A DNA stretch of 20,000 nucleotides from an uncultured virus (IMG/VR IMGVR_UViG_3300027631_002940) (taxonomy: Duplodnaviria > Heunggongvirae > Uroviricota > Caudoviricetes). The notes under the pieces are model-generated. The model saw only the letters and a list, made by a program, of their open reading frames with translations, searched no databases and had not been told where the DNA came from. The stretch is from the IMG/VR virus record IMGVR_UViG_3300027631_002940. The stretch is one strand, 5' to 3'. Both the position numbers and the translations under genes were made by a program. Shown one piece after another: positions 8,126-16,027 of the stretch (its first letter is position 1; every line of letters begins with the position of its first letter).

Positions 8126-9502
8126 ATGTCTGATATCATTAAAAGCAATACTCAGCGGTGTGCTTTCTGTACTAAGAAAGCTACTGAAAAAATTACAGAC
8201 CATTTGAATTTATTTTCAAAAGATAATGCTCTTTATTTATGTGAAGCTCATTTTAACAGTTTTCAAGTTGGAACTGTTTTTGGGCAGATGGAAATAAATG
8301 CTAAAATTATTTCTATTTTATCTAATATAGACGATGATCTCACTGGAGAGACATTGAAAAATAGAGTATATACATTAGTACCTTTGGGAAAAACACAAGT
8401 TGATTCATCGCCTCAATCAAGGCCTGTTTCATTTTCTGAATTTAGCCCAAAATATTTCTATGAGTCTTTGAATAAAAAAGTAATTGGTCAAGAAGATGCT
8501 AAAAAGAGAGTATCTTTGGCTGTATATGAGCATGTAAAATCATCATTTGACAAAAATGAATCTAATGATAGGCACAATATACTTCTTCTTGGCGCATCGG
8601 GAAGTGGCAAAACTTTCATCATCAATAATGTTGCCAAAGACTTAAATGTTCCTTTTGTCGTAGGTGATGCTACTTCATATTCTCCCACAGGTTTTCAAGG
8701 TTCAGATGCGGATTCATGTATACACGATCTTTGGACATCAGTAGAAGGCGATATAGAATCAGCTGAACGTGGAGTAGTTTTTATTGATGAAATTGATAAA
8801 CTAGCTACATATAATCACACTGGATCAAGATCTGAATCTTTTAATCAGTCTACACAGTCTACTATGTTGAAGCTTATAGAAGGTAAGCGCATAAAAATAC
8901 CATCATCCGTCACAGGTGATACTGGTAGCCCGCCTCCATATATATCTACTAATAAAATATTATTCTGTTTTGGCGGGGCTTTTAATGGTCTGCATAAAAT
9001 CGTAGCTAAGAAAATGGGGAAAAAAGAAAAAACCATTGGATTACGATCAGACGCAGATTACAATGAAGAATATCAAAAACAATTAGAATCTTATGAAATC
9101 TTAAGATCTGCTTCTCAAGATGTCCTTATAGAAAGCCTTATAGAATATGGATTATCTGCTGAATTTGTAGGTAGAATTCAAAATATTGTTGCATTAGCTC
9201 CTTTAAACAAAGAAGAACTAATGAAATGTTTAGTAGAAATTGAAACATCACCTGTCAATAAACAACAGATTCTTTTTGCCGAGTCTGGTATACATTTGAT
9301 ATTTGAAGAAGATTTTCTAAATCATGTTATTGATAAAGTTGAAAAAATGGGTACAGGTACAAGAGCTCTTAACACATTAGTAAAGAAATCTGTATCTTAT
9401 GCTGCATTTGAACACCTTGGTCATTCAGGTAAGAAACCAAAGAGTATTACCATCATACAGGAATGCTTAGAAAATCCTGAGAAATATCATATAGAGTATT
9501 AA
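8126..9502 (+). CDS. clpX: ClpX-like AAA+ unfoldase (divergent)
   Basis: N-terminal CAFC...LCEAH zinc-binding domain; VIGQEDAKKRVSLAVYEH; Walker A GASGSGKT; AERGVVFIDEIDK; QSTMLKLIEG; ILFCFGGAF; IGL loop; YGLSAEFVGR; GTRAL. Confidence 0.92.
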   Translation: MSDIIKSNTQRCAFCTKKATEKITDHLNLFSKDNALYLCEAHFNSFQVGTVFGQMEINAKIISILSNIDDDLTGETLKNRVYTLVPLGKTQVDSSPQSRPVSFSEFSPKYFYESLNKKVIGQEDAKKRVSLAVYEHVKSSFDKNESNDRHNILLLGASGSGKTFIINNVAKDLNVPFVVGDATSYSPTGFQGSDADSCIHDLWTSVEGDIESAERGVVFIDEIDKLATYNHTGSRSESFNQSTQSTMLKLIEGKRIKIPSSVTGDTGSPPPYISTNKILFCFGGAFNGLHKIVAKKMGKKEKTIGLRSDADYNEEYQKQLESYEILRSASQDVLIESLIEYGLSAEFVGRIQNIVALAPLNKEELMKCLVEIETSPVNKQQILFAESGIHLIFEEDFLNHVIDKVEKMGTGTRALNTLVKKSVSYAAFEHLGHSGKKPKSITIIQECLENPEKYHIEY

Positions 9503-9519
9503 AAATATAAGGTGATATT

Positions 9520-11079
9520 TTGAGCAAATATATTAAGAAAATTGTTGATTTAAACAGATATACTACAGATTCAGAAGCTAATGTAAAGCTATCTTATAAA
9601 ACTCTCGAAGCAATTTCATCCTTATGGGTCAAGGTTGCTGATAACCCTGTCACCCCTACAGTACCCGATGTTACTCGTGCTATTGGTGTTCAAACTACTT
9701 CTAGAGATATTGCTAACTATACCAAAATTGTAGATCATTTTTTAAATCTTTTAATGAAGAGCACAAATCAAAAATATAATCAAAAAATATATAAATATGA
9801 TTTTGTTTTTACTTCTAATCCTGAAATAGATCCAGAAGCAACTTTGCATAAGAATGAGATTGACAAAAAGTTTGATGAATTAAAAGCAGCTGAACCTACT
9901 CCAAGTTTTGAAACTAAATATCGTAAAGCTGGTGGTAGCAGTTGGACAGCATATAGCGATGTAATTTTTTATATTGAAAGTACAGGGTTCAGTGGAACTC
10001 TTGAAACTGATGATACTACTACTCCAACTCCAACAATTAATGCTACTGTATTATATAATTTGCCTTCAGCTCCTAGGCATAATAATCCAGCATATTTGAG
10101 TTATAGTAATACAGCTAAAGTAGCATTACTCAATCTTTGTACAAGCAGAGGCATCCCACCCGTAGCACCTGGGTCACCTCTTAACACTTATGAAGATTAT
10201 AAAAACAGTATCATTGCATCTTTCGGAACTCCTACAGTAAAACAAAAAAAGATTCGATCTAGTAATCCTATTGAAGGTGTAATACCAAAAACAGATGACG
10301 AATATTTTATAATTGATTTAGTAAAATTAGTTAACACTAAGACAGCGCCACCACCTGGTATGCCAAGAGAGAATTATGAATATATTTTAAATAAATCTGG
10401 CGTTTTGACCTGGGCGGGTGTTTCAGAAACAGATCCTAGCGTATATAATCCAGCGTTGCTACCTTATGATCCAAATAAATTTGCTGTAGGGGATGTTGAA
10501 AAAGCTACATTACTCAACCGAGATTTGAAAATTCCCGCAAGTATGGGTGGTTTTATTTTAGCTAATGTTTTAGCTTTACGTGCATCTATGATAGCAAGCA
10601 TTACATCTACAGTAGAATCTAATTTCGACTTAGATGGTGGACAGATAGCTATTCAAGAAATGTTTAGTGCATTTACTCCTCGACAAGCAAAATTATTCAA
10701 TGCTAGAGGTTTGGAATCTTATGTTGCTAATGATGGAACAGTAAGATTTGATGTAGATAAAACTATGGATTATCTTAAACAAATGGCTAATTACAATGGT
10801 ATAACACAGTTTTTTGATAAAAGAATTCAACTTAAGTTGTCTAAATTAATTGATTACCCTATAGAATCTTATGATAATGAAAAAGGTGTAAAGAAAACAA
10901 CTCCTTACAAAGATTTTATCAAGAATGCAACATATGAACAATTAGTAGATCCAACCATTATCAGTCTAATAAGAAATATTGCTAGACAAATAGCCGTTGA
11001 AATAGGTAAATTAGAGATCAAATTAGTTCGTTATCAAAGAAGACAGAGAATCGATAAAATCAATAAAGCAGGTGATTAA
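9520..11079 (+). CDS. Hypothetical protein, possibly virion-associated
   Basis: 519-aa ORF; TTG start with AAGGTGA SD; Pro/Thr-rich linkers; first of three coupled genes. Confidence 0.8.
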   Translation: MSKYIKKIVDLNRYTTDSEANVKLSYKTLEAISSLWVKVADNPVTPTVPDVTRAIGVQTTSRDIANYTKIVDHFLNLLMKSTNQKYNQKIYKYDFVFTSNPEIDPEATLHKNEIDKKFDELKAAEPTPSFETKYRKAGGSSWTAYSDVIFYIESTGFSGTLETDDTTTPTPTINATVLYNLPSAPRHNNPAYLSYSNTAKVALLNLCTSRGIPPVAPGSPLNTYEDYKNSIIASFGTPTVKQKKIRSSNPIEGVIPKTDDEYFIIDLVKLVNTKTAPPPGMPRENYEYILNKSGVLTWAGVSETDPSVYNPALLPYDPNKFAVGDVEKATLLNRDLKIPASMGGFILANVLALRASMIASITSTVESNFDLDGGQIAIQEMFSAFTPRQAKLFNARGLESYVANDGTVRFDVDKTMDYLKQMANYNGITQFFDKRIQLKLSKLIDYPIESYDNEKGVKKTTPYKDFIKNATYEQLVDPTIISLIRNIARQIAVEIGKLEIKLVRYQRRQRIDKINKAGD

Positions 11080-11081
11080 AA

Positions 11082-11894
11082 ATGACTAGAAATGAAAAAT
11101 ATATAGCTTTAAATATAGAGCTGGATCATTTAGAAAAAGCTATATATGATAATAGAAATACTAAAATGGCTAAAATAGTCACAGCAAATCCGGGTGCTCT
11201 CGCTACTATTGGACCTCAACTGATTAAAATTGGTGTAAGTTCAGGCACAACAACTCAGTTTTTACAAAAAGCTGGTTCAGGAGCTATTAGTCCAACAACT
11301 TTTAGCACAGTATTATCGAGTGGTATGACAAGTGTTCCTGGACTAAGTAATATGAAGAATCTTAGTCTTGGTTTAAATTCATGGGAAGAAATTGGAAACG
11401 TATTACAAGATATTCTTAGTACCGCAGAACTAATCGCAAAATTAGCACCTATGATTATCTATACCATTGATTCACTAGTTACTATGGATACTATTTCTCC
11501 AGAAGAAGCATCAAAAAAAGTTCAAGATCCTCTTTATGATTCTAAACAACAAGCTGGTACTGATTCTGAAGCACAAGCACAGATGGGTGGATTTACAGGT
11601 GGTGGATTTGGTAACATTCCTATGAATACAGATCCAACAAAAGTAGATATTACTTCTAGCAACAAAAAAATGACTCGTTTGGCTGCAAATGAGGTCGAAT
11701 TAACTGGAGCAGATGCTAATGCAATGCCAGACTCTGTAAATGGCATTCTAAAGAGATTTATGGCTTTAGCTAATGACCCAACAACTGGTGGTCCTAATGA
11801 TCCTAGAACAGCTAAAAAGTTGGAAAATTATTATAACGAACTTAATAGTAAGTATGGTCCAGTATTGAAAAAATTACCTAAGGTCAATCTTTAA
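11082..11894 (+). CDS. Hypothetical protein, possibly an internal virion protein
   Basis: 270-aa ORF; Gly/Ser/Thr-rich segments; internal KMTRLAA motif. Confidence 0.8.
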   Translation: MTRNEKYIALNIELDHLEKAIYDNRNTKMAKIVTANPGALATIGPQLIKIGVSSGTTTQFLQKAGSGAISPTTFSTVLSSGMTSVPGLSNMKNLSLGLNSWEEIGNVLQDILSTAELIAKLAPMIIYTIDSLVTMDTISPEEASKKVQDPLYDSKQQAGTDSEAQAQMGGFTGGGFGNIPMNTDPTKVDITSSNKKMTRLAANEVELTGADANAMPDSVNGILKRFMALANDPTTGGPNDPRTAKKLENYYNELNSKYGPVLKKLPKVNL

Positions 11895-11896
11895 TT

Positions 11897-12493
11897 ATGA
11901 ATCATTTAGATATTTATAAAGTTGCGTCTGACAGGGATAAGAATCTTAATTTTCAAGAAGCTGACCATTTAGATAATGAATTGATCAAAATTGCACAAAA
12001 TTTAAGTGTTCCAGGTGCAGTAGTTACAAGTCCATCTGAAATGTTTTTCGGTGGGGCAAATTCTCAATATGGTTTTTCCCAATTGCCAGGAGCTTCTATT
12101 CAAGGTAAAGGTGCTAAAAGACCAGATTTATTCTTTCACGAACCTGGTTCTGATTCAAGATTTAGAATAAACCCAGCTACAGGTAGAGAATATTCTTACG
12201 ATGAGATTAAAGTATTGCAAGAACGTGAATTGATGAATCAGCAAACTAGAAATCCTCAATATGAACAGGCATTTGAGAATCAGTGGAATAATTATTACCA
12301 GACATTAATTCAACAGGGTGCTACTCCTGATATGCTACAAAATGTATTATATCATTGGGGTGAAAAATTAGCTGCTAAGGTCAAAACTGGTATGACTCCT
12401 GCACAATTTTTCTCTCAGTATGGAATTATTAATCCACAGCTTAGAACAAGCCTTATGAATCTATTACAACAGGAATCTTTACTTAAGAATTAA
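11897..12493 (+). CDS. Hypothetical protein, possibly an internal virion protein
   Basis: 198-aa ORF; N-terminal helical segment IYKVAS...EADHLDNELIKIAQ followed by a Gln-rich region. Confidence 0.8.
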   Translation: MNHLDIYKVASDRDKNLNFQEADHLDNELIKIAQNLSVPGAVVTSPSEMFFGGANSQYGFSQLPGASIQGKGAKRPDLFFHEPGSDSRFRINPATGREYSYDEIKVLQERELMNQQTRNPQYEQAFENQWNNYYQTLIQQGATPDMLQNVLYHWGEKLAAKVKTGMTPAQFFSQYGIINPQLRTSLMNLLQQESLLKN

Positions 12494-12510
12494 ATGTATA
12501 ATTGGACATT

Positions 12511-13257
12511 ATGACATGTCCATTATATTGTTCTAAAGTAAATCAATGCTTTGTAAAAATTACTTCTAATACAAACATTCTATCTCATCTTACATCAATC
12601 CCCTTAAATCTTGTAGACAGTCAATGGTCCGAAGATTGCAAGGGGATTTTTGCTAATTGTTCTTTTGTTGAAAAAACTACAGAAGAAATTAAAGAAGAAG
12701 CACCTGATACTTCCGAAGCACAAGAAGAGCCAGTTATTGAAATAGAAGATGTCAAAGTACGTATTTTCAAATTAGATAATCCATATGTGGTCAAAGCTGA
12801 TGTACTTGTTTATCCTAATAATATGCTTTTGAATATTGATGATCCTTTGCTTGCAAGAATGACTAAAAATAAAATGCAAGATTATTTGGATAAAGTCAAA
12901 CGTCCTATTAAAATGGGTTCGGTACATGAATCAGAATCTTTTGGAATCGTTCCTAAGAAGGTTTACCATGCAATTATTTCTGGTGAAAGCAGATTAGTTA
13001 GTGAAGAAGATATTAGAATCTGCACAAGAAAATCTTTATTATTAGCAGAAGAAGCACAAGCAAGAACTGTTGTCTATATTCCATTTGACTGCGGAACACA
13101 TGACATTCTTGACACAGCTAGAACACAATTAGCAGCAATTAAGACCTTTTTAAAGCAAAATAAGGACCTACAATACATTAAAAATATCTTTATTGTAATG
13201 GAAGATGAGGAATCTTACAATGTTTTCATGGAATATTATAATAGAATATTTAAGTAA
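12511..13257 (+). CDS. Cys-rich N-terminal domain fused to a degenerate macrodomain (Appr-1-p processing fold)
   Basis: N-terminal CPLYC-x5-C...C-x6-C, then an acidic linker, then a macro-like pattern KADVLVYPNN, IKMGSV..S, PKKVYHAI, IRICTRKSLLLAEE, RTVVYIPFDCG, LQYIKNIFIV. Start placed at ATG 12511, 8 nt after TATAAT, rather than TTG 12502. Confidence 0.75.
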   Translation: MTCPLYCSKVNQCFVKITSNTNILSHLTSIPLNLVDSQWSEDCKGIFANCSFVEKTTEEIKEEAPDTSEAQEEPVIEIEDVKVRIFKLDNPYVVKADVLVYPNNMLLNIDDPLLARMTKNKMQDYLDKVKRPIKMGSVHESESFGIVPKKVYHAIISGESRLVSEEDIRICTRKSLLLAEEAQARTVVYIPFDCGTHDILDTARTQLAAIKTFLKQNKDLQYIKNIFIVMEDEESYNVFMEYYNRIFK

Positions 13258-13268
13258 AGGTATTGTTT

Positions 13269-13598
13269 ATGCAGCCAAAATCAGATGCTATATTACAAGC
13301 GTTTATGGACAGCTTTACATTTCCACTATGGCTTGTTGATTCTAATCATAATATTTTAATGAATGAGTATGCTCTAGGGTTATCTAATTCTGGTTTTGAT
13401 ATAAGATCTAGAATTGGCAAAATGCGGTTAGGTGATACAAAAAATATTGTTTATAATGGAATAAAATATAAAATTCACAGTAAAGATATTAATCACGGCA
13501 CAAACTGCTTAGTATTCACAATGGAAAAAATACTTGATGATGTTGTTAGGCTCAAAGAATCAACATCTAAATTAAGGAAAGTATTAGGCTCAGTATAA
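13269..13598 (+). CDS. Stand-alone PAS-like domain protein
   Basis: LQAFMDSFTFPLWLVDSNHNILMNEYA matches the PAS N-terminal pattern (ld.l..pi.vvD.ng.i..N..a); C-terminal strands ending LVFTMEKI precede a helix. AAGGT SD favours ATG 13269. Confidence 0.6.
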   Translation: MQPKSDAILQAFMDSFTFPLWLVDSNHNILMNEYALGLSNSGFDIRSRIGKMRLGDTKNIVYNGIKYKIHSKDINHGTNCLVFTMEKILDDVVRLKESTSKLRKVLGSV

Positions 13599-13601
13599 TT
13601 G

Positions 13602-14156
13602 ATGGAACATAATGATGATGATTTCAATTACAGAGATCTCAAAAATATAATAAACGCACAAACAGAAGCTTATGTAGAATTCAATAATGCACTAGTAAGA
13701 ATCATAGAACTTCAAAAACAGATTAAAGAAGAAATTAATCGTGTTGGGGATACTGATTTAGACGAGCTTAAAGGCATTTCTGAAAAAATAACCAAAGTTA
13801 CTACTTTACTGGAATTATTTACTGATAATAAAAACAGTCTAGCTAATGAGATGGACGAGTACAATGCTGTTCTTTCTGATTTCGGTTCAGAATTACAGAG
13901 TTTTAAATTCGACTTAGAAAGAATTATTCTTACCCAAGCTTCTAATAATGAATATGAAAAACTGAATAGATCTTTCAACGACAAATCAAATACTTTAAAA
14001 TCCCTTATTGATACTTTGGGTAAAAAAGTAGATTCTATGCAAGGTACACAAGATAAAGCATATAGCCAAGTTCAAAAATTCTTATGGGGCTTAGGCGGAG
14101 CTTGGTTCGTTATTCAATTTTTAATTAGTATTGGACTGTATAATCTTAGGAAATGA
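13602..14156 (+). CDS. Coiled-coil protein with a single C-terminal transmembrane helix
   Basis: Heptad-rich helical body; hydrophobic FLWGLGGAWFVIQFLISIGLY followed by a basic NLRK tail. Confidence 0.75.
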   Translation: MEHNDDDFNYRDLKNIINAQTEAYVEFNNALVRIIELQKQIKEEINRVGDTDLDELKGISEKITKVTTLLELFTDNKNSLANEMDEYNAVLSDFGSELQSFKFDLERIILTQASNNEYEKLNRSFNDKSNTLKSLIDTLGKKVDSMQGTQDKAYSQVQKFLWGLGGAWFVIQFLISIGLYNLRK

Positions 14157-14518
14157 AAATAAATATTACAGGAGATTATATTAATCTTCTTGATAAATTA
14201 AAACAAATAGATAATACATACTATATAACAGAAGAAGATGCTTTAAGAGTTCATATATCTAATAACAAGCCTGATAATCATGTTCATGTATGGCAAAAAG
14301 TACATGATAATAAAGTAACAGATCCATATTCTTATTATGAAAAATTAAAACAAGATATGGGGTTGTTGATATTAGTGGTAAAAAATGTCTTCTACAATTC
14401 TAGACTAGGCACTATGCATTTAATATTTCATTACGATGGAATTGCTAGTTGCCAAAATGATCAAGAATTAGATTATATTTTAGCGGAAATGATTGCAGAA
14501 CTTCAATATAATGAGTAA
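14153..14518 (+). CDS. Hypothetical protein
   Basis: 121 aa; ATGA overlap with the upstream gene; TGTATAAT 8 nt before the ATG. Confidence 0.72.
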   Translation: MKINITGDYINLLDKLKQIDNTYYITEEDALRVHISNNKPDNHVHVWQKVHDNKVTDPYSYYEKLKQDMGLLILVVKNVFYNSRLGTMHLIFHYDGIASCQNDQELDYILAEMIAELQYNE

Positions 14519-14747
14519 ATCCTTAATCAGTTGCTATTGCTCCGAATGCTATGAACAGTATTTTATGAGCAATGATGAAATATTAATACCTAAATCTATG
14601 AGTATTATGGCAAAAGCAAAAAATATCGAAGATCCAAAAACATGGATCGATTGGCTAGAACATATTCAAAATTATTGTCCTGAATGTAGGCTTAAAAAAG
14701 CTCCTGAATCATGTATTAATAATTTATCTAGAATGACTAAGAGATAG
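14511..14747 (+). CDS. Small zinc-ribbon-like protein
   Basis: CSEC...CPEC pairs; start placed at ATG 14511, overlapping the end of the upstream gene. Confidence 0.65.
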   Translation: MSKSLISCYCSECYEQYFMSNDEILIPKSMSIMAKAKNIEDPKTWIDWLEHIQNYCPECRLKKAPESCINNLSRMTKR

Positions 14748-15216
14748 CTTTTTCAACTAAAGATTTGAACATATCTTTTAATATTTTTTCAGAATCACTA
14801 GTAATCTTACCGTCTGAAAATTCTAATCTTCCGCTGTCTAATAAATAAGAGGCTAGTCCTAATCCTGCATCTTCTGCTGTTTCAATTAATTCAGGATTAA
14901 TCGATAATGGTTCAGAAGAATTATCTATAGATTCATTTTGTGCAGTTCTAAATATTCTTGAAAATAAATGATCTATATATCTATCGTCTACAGATGAAGT
15001 TCTAAGATTATCAATATCTGCTTGTGGTATTTTGTTAACGTATGATTGAACAGCTTCTTTATGTTTAGGACATTCCCAGTAAGTAGATCTTAAACCACCT
15101 CTACAGTCTAAACATACAGGTGCGCCACATTCTGGTTTACTACATACACCCATGTAAGCTCTATGTACAGGCTTACCGCATTGTGAACATGTTAAATTAG
15201 GAACGTAATTTTTCAT
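14737..15216 (-). CDS. Zn-finger protein with an acidic C-terminal region
   Basis: CSQC, CSKPEC, CLDC and CPKH give eight potential ligands; internal IFRTAQ motif. Confidence 0.78.
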   Translation of the reverse strand: MKNYVPNLTCSQCGKPVHRAYMGVCSKPECGAPVCLDCRGGLRSTYWECPKHKEAVQSYVNKIPQADIDNLRTSSVDDRYIDHLFSRIFRTAQNESIDNSSEPLSINPELIETAEDAGLGLASYLLDSGRLEFSDGKITSDSEKILKDMFKSLVEKAIS

Positions 15217-15220
15217 TTGC

Positions 15221-15249
15221 TTGACAATTCTACCTTTAAAAGATATATT
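15221..15249 (+). promoter_or_regulatory. Near-consensus sigma70/sigmaA promoter for the transglycosylase gene
   Basis: TTGACA (15221-15226), 17-bp spacer, TATATT (15244-15249). Confidence 0.75.
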
Positions 15250-15254
15250 ATAGA

Positions 15255-15385
15255 TGTATTAAGGGGAAACCTTTAATATAGTAGGGCCTGAGAGGCAGCC
15301 CGAACTTATGCCATTCGTGGAAATCCAATAAAGGATGTCTCATACGTTGGAAAGAGCTAACACTTTCCCAACGCACTCTGGAGGT
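15255..15385 (+). ncRNA. Candidate structured cis-regulatory RNA leader (riboswitch-like)
   Basis: Consecutive stems: 15255-15280 (11 bp, GAAA loop); GGGC/GCCC 15284-15301; a junction closed by TATG/CATA (15307-15344) enclosing CCA-TTCG-TGG and ATCC-N6-GGAT; CGTTGGAAAG/CTTTCCCAACG 15345-15373; then SD GGAGGT at 15380-15385. Confidence 0.55.
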
Positions 15386-15390
15386 ATCAA

Positions 15391-16026
15391 ATGAAATATT
15401 TGGCACTATTTATGAGTATGATTTCTTTCATACAAGTAGGTGTTAAGCATGAAAACTCGAAAGGTGCTTTGGTTGGTGCGGATACTACACAACAAAAATT
15501 AAATCTGCAAGCTTCTGAAATGAGTCCTGATAAGAAAAAAATTATTGGCTTCATTCAGATCATACAACCAAAATATCCTATGGCAAAAGTTAAACAAATA
15601 GCTGATGTCATATTCTTAGCGAGCAAAAGATATAGGATTGATCCTTATGTTATTACTACTACAGCTTATGTAGAAAGTGAATTCGACATGAAATCAAAGC
15701 CCTGTATCGGTATTATGCAAATGCTAGGATCTACAATTAGATCAGAATACAAAGGTACAAAACATGACCCTCGTACAGTACAAGGGAATATCATGTTAGG
15801 AACTGATTATCTGAAGAAAATATTAGATATGCAAAAAAACAAATCTAATAGCCCATCAAGAATATCAGCTGACTGGAGATTCTATCGTCTAATGTGGGGC
15901 AGATATAGTGGGTATGGGAGCGGAAGTTTCTATGTCAAAAGAAACCAGACTGTGCTCCATTCCTTAAAAACCCTTAGCCTAGATAAACTCAAAGCTAAAA
16001 TTAAAAGTAAAGGGCATATCTGGTAA
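15391..16026 (+). CDS. SLT-family lytic transglycosylase with an N-terminal signal peptide/anchor
   Basis: MKYLALFMSMISFIQVG hydrophobic N-terminus; ASKRYRIDP...AYVESEF (catalytic Glu), IGIMQM, DP...NIMLGTDYL, WGRYSG; GGAGGT SD. Confidence 0.88.
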   Translation: MKYLALFMSMISFIQVGVKHENSKGALVGADTTQQKLNLQASEMSPDKKKIIGFIQIIQPKYPMAKVKQIADVIFLASKRYRIDPYVITTTAYVESEFDMKSKPCIGIMQMLGSTIRSEYKGTKHDPRTVQGNIMLGTDYLKKILDMQKNKSNSPSRISADWRFYRLMWGRYSGYGSGSFYVKRNQTVLHSLKTLSLDKLKAKIKSKGHIW

Positions 16027-16027
16027 A

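Noticed and set aside
8488..13984. Short minus-strand ORFs 8488..8688, 8845..9036, 11534..11746 and 13712..13984
   Set aside because: Antisense shadows of well-supported plus-strand genes.
15284..15306. CTGAGAG...CGAAC read as a hammerhead ribozyme or TPP riboswitch core
   Set aside because: Does not match CUGANGA/GAAA hammerhead geometry, and lacks the TPP P3 stem and the downstream CUG...UAAU...GCG...GGGA elements.
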